DNA from: a virus
DNA length: 64,000 nucleotides
Virus record (IMG/VR): IMGVR_UViG_3300028024_000105
Span: 32,811-96,810 of that record
Direction: 5' to 3' (one strand)
Shown here: positions 44,245-52,895 of the stretch, piece after piece
Position numbering within the stretch: the first letter of the stretch is position 1
Layout of the letters: each line of letters begins with the position of its first letter
The notes under the pieces: model-generated
What the model was told of the DNA's origin: nothing
Databases searched by the model: none
Seen by the model: only the letters and a program-made list of their open reading frames with translations
Translations under genes and position numbers: made by a program

Positions 44245-44649
44245 ATGAACACCATCGAAGCACCCAAGGAACTCACGTACGGACCGCACGAGGCGAAGGG
44301 TCGCCCCTTCCTGAAAGAGGGGACCTGGCTGTTCCTCATGGTCGGGGCCGACAAGTTCTACGCGAAGGTCAAACCCGAGGACGTCCAGAAGGCGCTCGCG
44401 GGAGAGATGTTCGAGGCACACCACGTCGTGACGGCCAGCATGCAGGGGCAGGGAATGCTCTTGGCGCCGCTCGTCGCGACGGTGGACCCCTGGTACATCA
44501 ACGGCACGCTGATCAGCGGGCTGTCGTTCATGCACCCGACGTCGGCCGCCAAGATGGACGACACGGTCTCGAAGGCGTTCAATCCGCCCACGATCATCAC
44601 CGCAAGAGCAACGGACATCCCCGTGACGGGCAAGATCCATCTGGGCTAG
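44245..44649 (+). CDS. hypothetical protein
   Basis: SD AGGAG. Confidence 0.65.
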   Translation: MNTIEAPKELTYGPHEAKGRPFLKEGTWLFLMVGADKFYAKVKPEDVQKALAGEMFEAHHVVTASMQGQGMLLAPLVATVDPWYINGTLISGLSFMHPTSAAKMDDTVSKAFNPPTIITARATDIPVTGKIHLG

Positions 44650-44652
44650 GCG

Positions 44653-45006
44653 ATGGTCGCGCCGCATTGGGTGGGTGGTCAAGTGGAGCTATTCCTTCGG
44701 TGGAAGGATCTCGAGTTCCCCGCGACCATCGACGCCGATGGGGATCTGCGGTTCCTTTGTCCGTGGTGCATGAACCGGATCGCTCTGCAGCCGCACGCCT
44801 TCAAGATTGAAGGGCAAGAGGTCCGGTCCACCGGCATTGTGACCTGCCGGGTCGACGAGTGCGGAGTCTGGTACGAGATCGTGCACGGGCGCTTCGTGCT
44901 GTGGGAGCCGCTCGGATGCGACATGTGGCTGCGACATCGCCAGTGGTACGCGCCGCAGCTAATTCACCCTGTTTGGAAAACGCGCAATGAGCGACGCAAA
45001 CGCTGA
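44653..45006 (+). CDS. Zn-binding hypothetical protein
   Basis: CPWC...H...C...C. Confidence 0.55.
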   Translation: MVAPHWVGGQVELFLRWKDLEFPATIDADGDLRFLCPWCMNRIALQPHAFKIEGQEVRSTGIVTCRVDECGVWYEIVHGRFVLWEPLGCDMWLRHRQWYAPQLIHPVWKTRNERRKR

Positions 45007-45271
45007 ACCCATCATCGACTTCACGCTCGAGAACACGGCCAAGCGCCGCATGCTCTACCTGAAGCGGCCGACCGGCGCCCCCATCCCTGTGGGGATGAAG
45101 TGGCACTGCGTCTGCGGCGCCGTGAACGTGATGAACGCGAACGAGAACCAGTATTGCACGCAGTGCGGGAGCCGCCTGCGCAATCAGGTGAACGACAACG
45201 CGCAGAACGGATACTTCACCACGGTGGTCGTCACCCACTTCAACCTGGGCGTCCCGCCCCCGCGTCGCTGA
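44987..45271 (+). CDS. Zn-ribbon protein
   Basis: WHCVCG..N...YCTQCG. Confidence 0.6.
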   Translation: MSDANAEPIIDFTLENTAKRRMLYLKRPTGAPIPVGMKWHCVCGAVNVMNANENQYCTQCGSRLRNQVNDNAQNGYFTTVVVTHFNLGVPPPRR

Positions 45272-45309
45272 CGCGGTGTGTTGTCCAAGTAAGTAGGACG
45301 GGACAACAC

Positions 45310-45909
45310 ATGACGACCCCCAAGAAGCCGATGTCGCACGCAGAGCAGTATTGCGTCGACCACATCATGAAGGACAAAGCCGGGAAGGCTTACCCCTTCG
45401 ACCAGTGCCTGATCGACCGCAAGGCCGACGGCTACTCCGACGAGAGCGCGCAGCGCATCTGCGGCGCCATCAAGGCGGGCACGGTCCACAAGAGCGCAGG
45501 CGGCACATTCACCACGGAGAAGCAGGCCGACGGCAGCCTCAGATGGGCCGCCGACTTCGAGTTCGCCAAGAAGGTCGACGAGGAACACCTGGTCTACGGG
45601 ATCGTCTACGAACCCGACGTCATCGACGCTCAGGATGACTCGGCAGGCGCCGCCGACATCGAGAAGGCCGCCCACAATTTCATGATCAACTCCCAGCGAG
45701 TGAAGATCATGCACAAGGAGAACGCCGGGCCGCGCGTCTCCATCGTCGAGTCGTACATCGCGCACGACACCTTCCGTCTGGGCGACCAGATGATTCGAAA
45801 AGGCTCCTGGGTTCTCGTGGTCAAGATCCACGACGAGGCCCTGTGGCAGCAGGTCAAGAAGGGCGACCTGACCGGATTCAGCATGGGCGGAAGAGCGCGC
45901 GCTGCGTAG
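45310..45909 (+). CDS. XkdF-like prohead serine protease
   Basis: LVYGIVYEPD..DAQDD...IEKAAHNFM...MH...IVESYI...GSW...LWQQVKKGDLTGFSMGG. Confidence 0.88.
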   Translation: MTTPKKPMSHAEQYCVDHIMKDKAGKAYPFDQCLIDRKADGYSDESAQRICGAIKAGTVHKSAGGTFTTEKQADGSLRWAADFEFAKKVDEEHLVYGIVYEPDVIDAQDDSAGAADIEKAAHNFMINSQRVKIMHKENAGPRVSIVESYIAHDTFRLGDQMIRKGSWVLVVKIHDEALWQQVKKGDLTGFSMGGRARAA

Positions 45910-45956
45910 TGCGTTTCGAGTTCCGCTGTCCAAGAGAGTGTACGCGAGAGAAACCT

Positions 45957-46382
45957 ATGCGGCTCACCGACATCGAAGTGGAAGAAGTCAGCCTTGTGGA
46001 CAAGGCGGCGAACAAAAAGAAGTTCGCGTTCTATAAGAGCGACACCGCAGAGGAAAAGAAGGCGGCGGAAGAGAAAGCCGCAGCCGAGGCGAAGGCCAAG
46101 AAGGATGCGGAGGACGCGGCAGCCAAGAAGGCCGCCGACGAAGCCGCAGCCGCGAAAGCGAAGGCGGAAGCCGACGCAAAGGCCAAGGCCGAATCGGAAG
46201 CCAAGGCGAAAGCAGAGGCCGACAAGAAGGCGGCGGAAGAGAAAGCCGCAGCCGAGGCGAAGGCCGTTCAGGAAGACGCCGAGAAGAACCGCAAGGCAGC
46301 GGCCGACGAGGCGGAAGCCAAGGAGCTGGCAGAGCTGATCGCCAGTCAGAAGGAAACACTCGACCTGCTCGCGCAGGTCTAA
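45957..46382 (+). CDS. scaffold-like protein with a protease-type N-terminus
   Basis: MRLTDIEVEEVSLVDKAAN...FYKS, then a low-complexity Ala/Glu/Lys coiled coil. Confidence 0.7.
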   Translation: MRLTDIEVEEVSLVDKAANKKKFAFYKSDTAEEKKAAEEKAAAEAKAKKDAEDAAAKKAADEAAAAKAKAEADAKAKAESEAKAKAEADKKAAEEKAAAEAKAVQEDAEKNRKAAADEAEAKELAELIASQKETLDLLAQV

Positions 46383-46485
46383 CGCGCCCCTTTCATCGAC
46401 ACCACATCGAACTAGCCGACCTATCGCCGCACACGTTGTGCTGCACGGCCTTGGAGTCTTCAGCAAGTACAGAACGAGAATTGCC

Positions 46486-47829
46486 ATGGGCAACACGAAG
46501 CTCCGGGCGGACGCGGCGGCCAACAACGAGGCCATCAAGAAAATGATCGCCGACAAGGCGACGCAGGGCATGACCAAAGACCAGTTCGAGAAGGAGCTGG
46601 ACAAGCGCATGGCCGACGAGCGTCAGCGCACGCTCGGCGAGATGCGGAAGGGCCAGTACCACCCCGACCTGGTCCGCAACCCGGACAAGTTCGAGAACCT
46701 CGAGATCCTGATGGAGAAGTCGGATCGGGGCGACGTGGTCGAGTTCCAGAAGTGGAACGACGACATCGTCATCCTGTCCAGCCTCCTGAAGGTGCATCCG
46801 CAGGAGCTGAAGCACTTCAAGAAGTACGCCCCGAAGTTCAAGGGCAACGGCTCGTCCGAGATGGCGAAGGCCATGGCGGCGCAGACCGCGTCGCAGGGCC
46901 TGGAGTGGATTCCGACGGACTTCTCCACCGACCTGTTCGACCAGTACCACCTTCTGACGAAGGTGGCCGACCTGTTCGACGAGGTCAACATGCCGTCGAA
47001 CCCCTACAAGCTGCCGTTCGAAGGCGACGACCCCGACACGGTCCTGGGGCACGAGTACAACGACGGCGACACGTCCGAGATCGCGTCCGATGACGCGGGC
47101 ACGGGCAACAACACGATGACCGCCGTGAAGCTGACGACCCGCGTCAACTTCTCGGAGGAGCTGACGGAGGATTCGATCATCCCCGTCCTGCCCATCATCA
47201 AGAAGAAGATGGTCCGCTCCATGGCCATGGGCGTCGAGAGCGCGCTCCTGAACGGCGACACCACGTCGCCCCATCAGGACGTCGACACCACGTCCGCGAC
47301 CGACGTGCGGAAGGCGTGGAAGGGGCTGCGCAAGCTGTCCCAGACCGCCAACGACACGACCCTGACGGCGGTCCCGGCCATCACGGAGATCCGCGCCATG
47401 CTCGCCAAGATGGGCAAGTACGGCGTGAACCCCTCCGACCTGGTCTGGATCTGCGGCGTGAAGGGCTACCAGAAGCTGAAGGGCATGACCGAGGTCCTGA
47501 CGCAGGACAAGTACGGCCCCAAGGCCACCATCTTCAGCGGCCAGCTCGCGAGCCTCGACGGCATCCCCATCGTGGTCTCGGAGAAGCTCCGCGAAGACCT
47601 GAACGCGTCCGGCGTGCGGGACCTGACGACCCAGACGAAGGGCGTCCTGCTCCTGGCCCACCGGGGCTCGTTCCTGCGCGGCCTGCGCCGCCAGCTCACC
47701 GTCAAGCCCTGGATCGACCCGCGCACCGACGCGCAGTCGCTGATCCAGACGTGGCGCGGCTGCTTCATCGCGATGCGCGACGTCACGGCCGAGCCCATCG
47801 TGGTCAAGGGAGTCAACTGGGCGGTGTAA
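46486..47829 (+). CDS. major capsid protein (HK97 fold)
   Basis: GLEWIPTDFS, FSEELTEDS, ESALLNGD, GLRK, LDGIPIVVS; position after the protease/scaffold; followed by a terminator. Confidence 0.9.
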   Translation: MGNTKLRADAAANNEAIKKMIADKATQGMTKDQFEKELDKRMADERQRTLGEMRKGQYHPDLVRNPDKFENLEILMEKSDRGDVVEFQKWNDDIVILSSLLKVHPQELKHFKKYAPKFKGNGSSEMAKAMAAQTASQGLEWIPTDFSTDLFDQYHLLTKVADLFDEVNMPSNPYKLPFEGDDPDTVLGHEYNDGDTSEIASDDAGTGNNTMTAVKLTTRVNFSEELTEDSIIPVLPIIKKKMVRSMAMGVESALLNGDTTSPHQDVDTTSATDVRKAWKGLRKLSQTANDTTLTAVPAITEIRAMLAKMGKYGVNPSDLVWICGVKGYQKLKGMTEVLTQDKYGPKATIFSGQLASLDGIPIVVSEKLREDLNASGVRDLTTQTKGVLLLAHRGSFLRGLRRQLTVKPWIDPRTDAQSLIQTWRGCFIAMRDVTAEPIVVKGVNWAV

Positions 47830-47857
47830 TCGCCGCCTGACCAGTACACGGCATCCA

Positions 47858-47899
47858 AGGGGTCCGGGGCAGAAGTTGCTCCGGACCCCTTTTCTTTTC
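47858..47899 (+). terminator. intrinsic terminator after the capsid gene
   Basis: GGGGTCCGGGGCA-gaagt-TGCTCCGGACCCC-TTTTCTTTT. Confidence 0.85.
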
Positions 47900-47916
47900 A
47901 TCGAAGGACATCGAGC

Positions 47917-48714
47917 ATGGGAAAGCTCTACGCCTGCCTCAACGTTTATCAGGAAGAGCACCTTCTCCCTGACTGCCTGCGCTCCGTTCGCGAGAACCTC
48001 CCCGAAGCCGAGATCATCCTGATCGACGGCGCCTACGAATCCTGGATTCTGCAGGTCAAGGTTCAGGCCGCCATGGAGTACGCCGAGGGCCACGTCGAGC
48101 TGGCCGAGAGCATGCTCCGGTTCGTCTCCCCGATCTCGACCGACGCCACCATCCAGATCGCCAAGGACTTCAAGGTCGAGCACATCGTGATGCCGCAGAC
48201 GCAGTGCATGTGCGGCGGGAAGAAGACGCCGACCGGCTACTACGAGAAGGGCGCCTACCTGCCCTGGCCGTCGGAATGGCAGAAGCGCGCCCGCTTCTTC
48301 GACTTCGGACGGAACGGGGACTACTACTTCATCGTCGACGCCGACGAGCGGCTGCGTGGCAAGCCCGCGCCCCTGGTCGCCGACCACTACGCCGTGGTCC
48401 TGAAGCGCGACGACGACATCAGCCCCTACCCGGTGCACCGCGTCTTCAAGCACCGGCCCGGGATCAAGATGGAAGGCGCTCACATGGCGGTCTGGGCCAA
48501 CGAGCTGGTGCAGGACCCGGCGACCAAGGCCGACGTGATCAAGCCGGTCCTGATGCGGAAGGACGAGGCACCGATCCTGCAGGGCTGCCACTTCGACCAT
48601 CTCTTCGTCGGCCGCTACAAAGCCGATCAGGTCCGGACCCAAGCCAAGGGGGCGTACTACCGCAGGGGTCTGTCCAAGGAAGAGGAGAAGTTCCGCGCGG
48701 AACACGACATCTAA
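47917..48714 (+). CDS. glycosyltransferase family 2-like protein
   Basis: CLNVYQEEHLLPDCLRSV...IILIDG...STDAT...YFIVDADER (DxD). Confidence 0.85.
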   Translation: MGKLYACLNVYQEEHLLPDCLRSVRENLPEAEIILIDGAYESWILQVKVQAAMEYAEGHVELAESMLRFVSPISTDATIQIAKDFKVEHIVMPQTQCMCGGKKTPTGYYEKGAYLPWPSEWQKRARFFDFGRNGDYYFIVDADERLRGKPAPLVADHYAVVLKRDDDISPYPVHRVFKHRPGIKMEGAHMAVWANELVQDPATKADVIKPVLMRKDEAPILQGCHFDHLFVGRYKADQVRTQAKGAYYRRGLSKEEEKFRAEHDI

Positions 48715-49247
48715 TGCCGCAGATCGAGATCAAGGTATTCGGGACTGAGGACCTGATCGCCAAGATCATGAAGCTGAAAGGCTTCACGGCGAGCCCGGGG
48801 TTTCAGGCACTGATGCATGAGGCAGGCGACGCGTACGTGATGCTCGCGATGCGCGACGTCCCCAAGCAGTCGCGCCTGCTCAAGAAGTCCATCGGCTACA
48901 CCGTCACGGGCGGCGCGCAGAACCCGACCCTTACCGTCGGCGTCGGCAACAACGACGTGAAGTACGCGTCCTACGTGGAGTACGGCACGAACCCGAGCGT
49001 CCGCACCGCGCGCATGAAGCGGTTCATGCACTGGTTTCAGGACGGCAGCGGGAAGACGATCCAGATCCCGACCGGTCTGAAAGGCGTCCCGCAGGGCGCC
49101 ATGTCGGTCTTCGCCCGGTCGGTGAACCACCCCGGCACGCCGCCGCGCCCGTTCTTCTTCAAGCACTTCCCCGTCATCCGCGCCCGCTTCATGCTGGAGC
49201 TGCAGAGGCTCCTGGAGGCGGAACTCAACAGCGGGCCGAAGGCGTAG
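48714..49247 (+). CDS. HK97 gp10-like neck/tail-completion protein
   Basis: P..S..LKKSI...YASYVEYGT...VNHPGTPPRPFF. Confidence 0.8.
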   Translation: MPQIEIKVFGTEDLIAKIMKLKGFTASPGFQALMHEAGDAYVMLAMRDVPKQSRLLKKSIGYTVTGGAQNPTLTVGVGNNDVKYASYVEYGTNPSVRTARMKRFMHWFQDGSGKTIQIPTGLKGVPQGAMSVFARSVNHPGTPPRPFFFKHFPVIRARFMLELQRLLEAELNSGPKA

Positions 49248-49377
49248 GCTCTCGAGAAATCTACCCATCTGACGTGCATGTTCTCGTTTGGAACGGTCCA
49301 AGAGAGTCCAAGCCCAAATTCTAGCCCCGCCTGGTTTCGAGTTTCACTGTCCAAGGTGTTGTAACGAGAGTGATACC

Positions 49378-49965
49378 ATGCCCTTGGATGAAGCCCTTGC
49401 CTGGACCAGCCGCGACGCGGTCAAGGCACACCTGAAGATCACGGCCACGGACCTGGACGACGAGATCGACACCAAGATCAACGAGGCGTCCCGGCTGCTG
49501 CAGAGCTTCATCGGGCATTCGCTCAAGACCGACACCTACACGGAATACTTTGATGGCGACTGCACGAACACACTTCTGGTGAGCAACTACCCCGTCCAGT
49601 CGGTCACGAGCATCCACGACGACACCGCACGGGTCTTCGGCGACGACAAGCTGATCGACTCCGGCGACTACGTGTTCGACTCCAACGAGAACGAGAACGT
49701 CGGCACGATTCGTCTGTTCAAGGGCCACGGCATCTTCTATCGCGGGGTCCAGAACATCAAGGTCGTCTACGTCGCAGGCTTCGACGAGGTTCCGGAAGAT
49801 GCCGAGCTGTCGTGCAAGCAGCTCGTCGCCTGGCTGATGAACCGCGCCGGGACCGAGGGCCAGACGTCGGCGTCGCTCGGCGGCAAGAGCGAGACCTACG
49901 AGATGGACGACATCCCCGAGTACATCAAGCGCGGCGTCCGGCGCTACAGAAAGATCGCCGCATAG
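49378..49965 (+). CDS. head-tail connector (gp6-like)
   Basis: VKAHLKI...PVQSVTSI...NIKVVYVAGF..VPED. Confidence 0.8.
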   Translation: MPLDEALAWTSRDAVKAHLKITATDLDDEIDTKINEASRLLQSFIGHSLKTDTYTEYFDGDCTNTLLVSNYPVQSVTSIHDDTARVFGDDKLIDSGDYVFDSNENENVGTIRLFKGHGIFYRGVQNIKVVYVAGFDEVPEDAELSCKQLVAWLMNRAGTEGQTSASLGGKSETYEMDDIPEYIKRGVRRYRKIAA

Positions 49966-49973
49966 GATACCCA

Positions 49974-50288
49974 ATGGAAGAGTACAGGCTAATTCGGCTT
50001 GCGAAGTTGGGCGCCAATCTCACCCCCGAAGAATGGTCCCAGTGGCGAGTTGTAGTAGAGAAATCGGTAAATGGAATTACGGCCGAGGCTTTGAAACTGC
50101 ATGGTACGGCTCGCCTACCACTGGCAGAGTTCCATAAAGATGGCGTACGACACCCCAATGCCTCAATCGAGTTTTACCCGACTCACGGAGAAATCAGGAA
50201 ATATCGACTTTTCTTGGGTGCGGACTTCACCAACACGATCATCACGCACGCCGAATTTGTAGAAGGCATCCGTCTGACTTTTTTATGA
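49974..50288 (+). CDS. AT-richer hypothetical protein inserted in the neck genes
   Basis: SD AGGA; ATGA overlap with the next gene; deviant codon usage. Confidence 0.6.
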   Translation: MEEYRLIRLAKLGANLTPEEWSQWRVVVEKSVNGITAEALKLHGTARLPLAEFHKDGVRHPNASIEFYPTHGEIRKYRLFLGADFTNTIITHAEFVEGIRLTFL

Positions 50289-50638
50289 GTTTCCGCTCGC
50301 TGCACTTCATGAATCAGAAGGCCACGATCCTCCGGCCCAACCTGTCGGTGGACGTGACAACGATTCGCGACCGCATCCTGGACGGATACGGGACCGTGAA
50401 GGTCAACGTCCCGATCTACCTCGAGCCCGAGGGGAGCGACGTGGTCTTCCACGAGCAGCTTGGCCACCTGGGCGTGAACACCTTCGTCGGCTATCTGCCC
50501 GGCCAGACGAACGTGCTGGTCAACGACGTCCTGCTGATCGAGAGCGAATACTACGAAGTGCGCGGCGTATTGGACTACGGCCGACAGGGATTCCACGTCC
50601 GGGTCGACACCGTCAAGAAGAACTTCCATCGAGCATAA
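50285..50638 (+). CDS. head closure protein (putative)
   Basis: Size, position and beta-rich sequence. Confidence 0.6.
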   Translation: MSFRSLHFMNQKATILRPNLSVDVTTIRDRILDGYGTVKVNVPIYLEPEGSDVVFHEQLGHLGVNTFVGYLPGQTNVLVNDVLLIESEYYEVRGVLDYGRQGFHVRVDTVKKNFHRA

Positions 50639-50641
50639 GCT

Positions 50642-51130
50642 ATGTCGGACATCATCCACCTTCAGGAAATCTGGGACGAGCTGGCGCGTCTGGCCGAGAC
50701 ACTGAAGGTCTCGCTCAGTCTCAAGGGCGTGTATCAGGGCGACTACGCCTTCCAGCCCACGGCCGGGATCTCGAACATGGTCAACGGCCTGTGGATTCAC
50801 CCCACGCCGGAGATGACCAGCGAGCCCGACGACCTACCCCGGCGCCTGATCCAGCGCTACCGCTTCCGCTTCGTCTACGTCCGGCGGATCAACCTGAACG
50901 AGAACCCCACCAAGCAGATCGTGGCCGAGATCAAGGCCCTGATCAACATGTACACGTCCAAGTTCGACCTGCCCGACATCACGAACATGCCCGCGCACGC
51001 GCAGGTCCTCTGGTGCAACATCGCGTCGGTCGACTTCCAGCCGCAGGAAGACGACTTCACCGCCGGGGTGGCGGCCGACCTGAAGGCGGTCGCCTTCCAG
51101 ATGGACTGCTTCGTCCGCACCCGCCGATAA
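50642..51130 (+). CDS. tail terminator (putative)
   Basis: Position immediately before the tail tube gene. Confidence 0.55.
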   Translation: MSDIIHLQEIWDELARLAETLKVSLSLKGVYQGDYAFQPTAGISNMVNGLWIHPTPEMTSEPDDLPRRLIQRYRFRFVYVRRINLNENPTKQIVAEIKALINMYTSKFDLPDITNMPAHAQVLWCNIASVDFQPQEDDFTAGVAADLKAVAFQMDCFVRTRR

Positions 51131-51209
51131 CCCGCCCTGCAGGCTGCAGGCGTTTCGGGGTCGACCGGTCCAAGGGGATGTCTAGACACACTTTGGACCG
51201 GAGTACCAC

Positions 51210-52190
51210 ATGGCGCAGAACGTCGGCCTTGGAATGCGGAGCTTCATCGGATTCGGCAAAGAATCCACGTGGGGCGTCCCCGTCACCCGCACCAACTTCA
51301 TCGAACTGATCTCGGAGAGCATTTCCAAGCAGGTCGGCCGGATCGAGTCCAACAGCATCCTCCGGCGCGGCGTTCGCAACACCCACGTGATCGCCGGGCA
51401 GATCGACGTCGCGGGCGACCTGGTCTTCGACGCCACCTACGGCGGCTGGCTCAAGCTGGCCGAGCAGGCGTTCGGCACCAAGGTCACGTCCCAGCCGGAC
51501 ATCACCAACGCGCCGTCGGCCTACCAGCACGTGTTCACCATCGCCGACACTCCTCCGGCCGGTCTGACGGTCGAGGTCTTCCGCGACTCCTCGCAGTTCG
51601 TCACGGAGCCCAACAAGAGCTTCGTCTATCGTGGCATGAAGGTCTCCAGCCTGGAGCTTTCGTGCGGCACGGACGAAATCCTGCGCGTCGCGTGCAACAT
51701 GATCGGCACCGACGAGACGCGCCAGTCCAAGTCGAGCGAGTCCTACTCCTCGAGTCGCGTGGCGGTCTACCATCAGGGCGTCGTGAAGTGGAACACGACC
51801 GACATCGAGGTCGGCCAGTTCTCCATCCGGATCGACAACGGCCTGGGCGCGCGGCCCAAGCTGGGGAGCCAGTACAGCCGCGAGCCGGTGCCCGAGAACA
51901 AGCTGGCCGTCACCGGGTCGTTCGAGATGGAGTTCGCGTCGTGGGAGCAGTACGACGACTTCTCGAACACGACCGAGCGGCAGTTCGAGGTCGAGTTCCT
52001 GGGCTCGCTGCTGGGCGGCACGATCTACGAGCAGATCAAGCTCGTGTGCCCGGTCTCCCTGCTCGACAACGTCCGCGTGCTCCTCGACAAGCCCGGCCGC
52101 GTCATGATCGGCGCCGACTTCAAGGCGTACCGGACCGACGTGGCCAACGAGGTCACGATGACCGTGCGCAACGCGGAATCCAGCGTGTAA
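51210..52190 (+). CDS. major tail tube protein
   Basis: GKESTWG.P...IELISESI...AYQHVFT...YRGMKVSSLELS...VTGSFE; followed by a terminator-like hairpin. Confidence 0.85.
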   Translation: MAQNVGLGMRSFIGFGKESTWGVPVTRTNFIELISESISKQVGRIESNSILRRGVRNTHVIAGQIDVAGDLVFDATYGGWLKLAEQAFGTKVTSQPDITNAPSAYQHVFTIADTPPAGLTVEVFRDSSQFVTEPNKSFVYRGMKVSSLELSCGTDEILRVACNMIGTDETRQSKSSESYSSSRVAVYHQGVVKWNTTDIEVGQFSIRIDNGLGARPKLGSQYSREPVPENKLAVTGSFEMEFASWEQYDDFSNTTERQFEVEFLGSLLGGTIYEQIKLVCPVSLLDNVRVLLDKPGRVMIGADFKAYRTDVANEVTMTVRNAESSV

Positions 52191-52199
52191 TCCCGCCAG

Positions 52200-52238
52200 C
52201 CCCTAGCGCTCACCCGGGCGCTAGGGGCTTGTGCTTTT
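52200..52238 (+). terminator. terminator-like hairpin after the tail tube gene
   Basis: GCCCCTAGCGCTC-accc-GGGCGCTAGGGGC-TTGTGCTTTT. Confidence 0.65.
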
Positions 52239-52256
52239 GATGTGTGTGAGGATGCG

Positions 52257-52673
52257 ATGACCGAGACCAAGAAAGAAACCCCCACTTCCGAGCTTGCCGA
52301 AATGAGCGGCAAGTCCCTCGACAAAGTCACCGTCGAAGACGCCACCGGCAAGAAATGGGATCTCCTCCCCCTGGACATGACCGACATCATGGACTACGAG
52401 CGCCTGGTCGGGCAGTCCCTCTTCGACGCGGACATGCGCACCGTGAAGATCCGCGAAATCCTCTGCCTGCTCTACCTCTCGCTCCGCAAGACCGGCCTGT
52501 CCAAGGCCGACATCGAGGCCGAGAAGTGGGTCTGGCCGAACGAGCGCGCCTGCATGCGGCTTTTCAGCGGCGAAGTGATCATGAAGACGCCGGAAATCTT
52601 CGCGGCGCTGCTGCGGATCTCCGGTCTGAGCAAGGAGAAGAACGAGAAGGACCCTCACCCGGCGGACCAGTAA
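52257..52673 (+). CDS. tail assembly chaperone (G-like)
   Basis: Between the tail tube and tape measure genes. Confidence 0.75.
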   Translation: MTETKKETPTSELAEMSGKSLDKVTVEDATGKKWDLLPLDMTDIMDYERLVGQSLFDADMRTVKIREILCLLYLSLRKTGLSKADIEAEKWVWPNERACMRLFSGEVIMKTPEIFAALLRISGLSKEKNEKDPHPADQ

Positions 52674-52891
52674 GGCACGGCCGCCGCTCCCTGCGCGGCA
52701 GCCAAATCGACTGGTTCGCCTTGTACACCGCCATGCGGAAGCTGGGCGTCTGCAGCACCCTCAACGAATTCAAGCACTTGACCATCGGACAGATGCGCTT
52801 CTTCCTGCGCAAGCAGGACGAGGCAGAAGCGCGCACCGCTAAGTCCAAGGAATTGAACGACAAGTTGAAGGCACAGCGGAAGCGGATGTAG
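52649..52891 (+). CDS. T-like extension of the tail chaperone in the -1 frame (probable frameshift product)
   Basis: IDWFALYTAMRKLG...EFKHLTIGQMRFF; the -1 frame is open across the G stop. Confidence 0.6.
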   Translation, partial: GPSPGGPVRHGRRSLRGSQIDWFALYTAMRKLGVCSTLNEFKHLTIGQMRFFLRKQDEAEARTAKSKELNDKLKAQRKRM

Positions 52892-52895
52892 GCGA

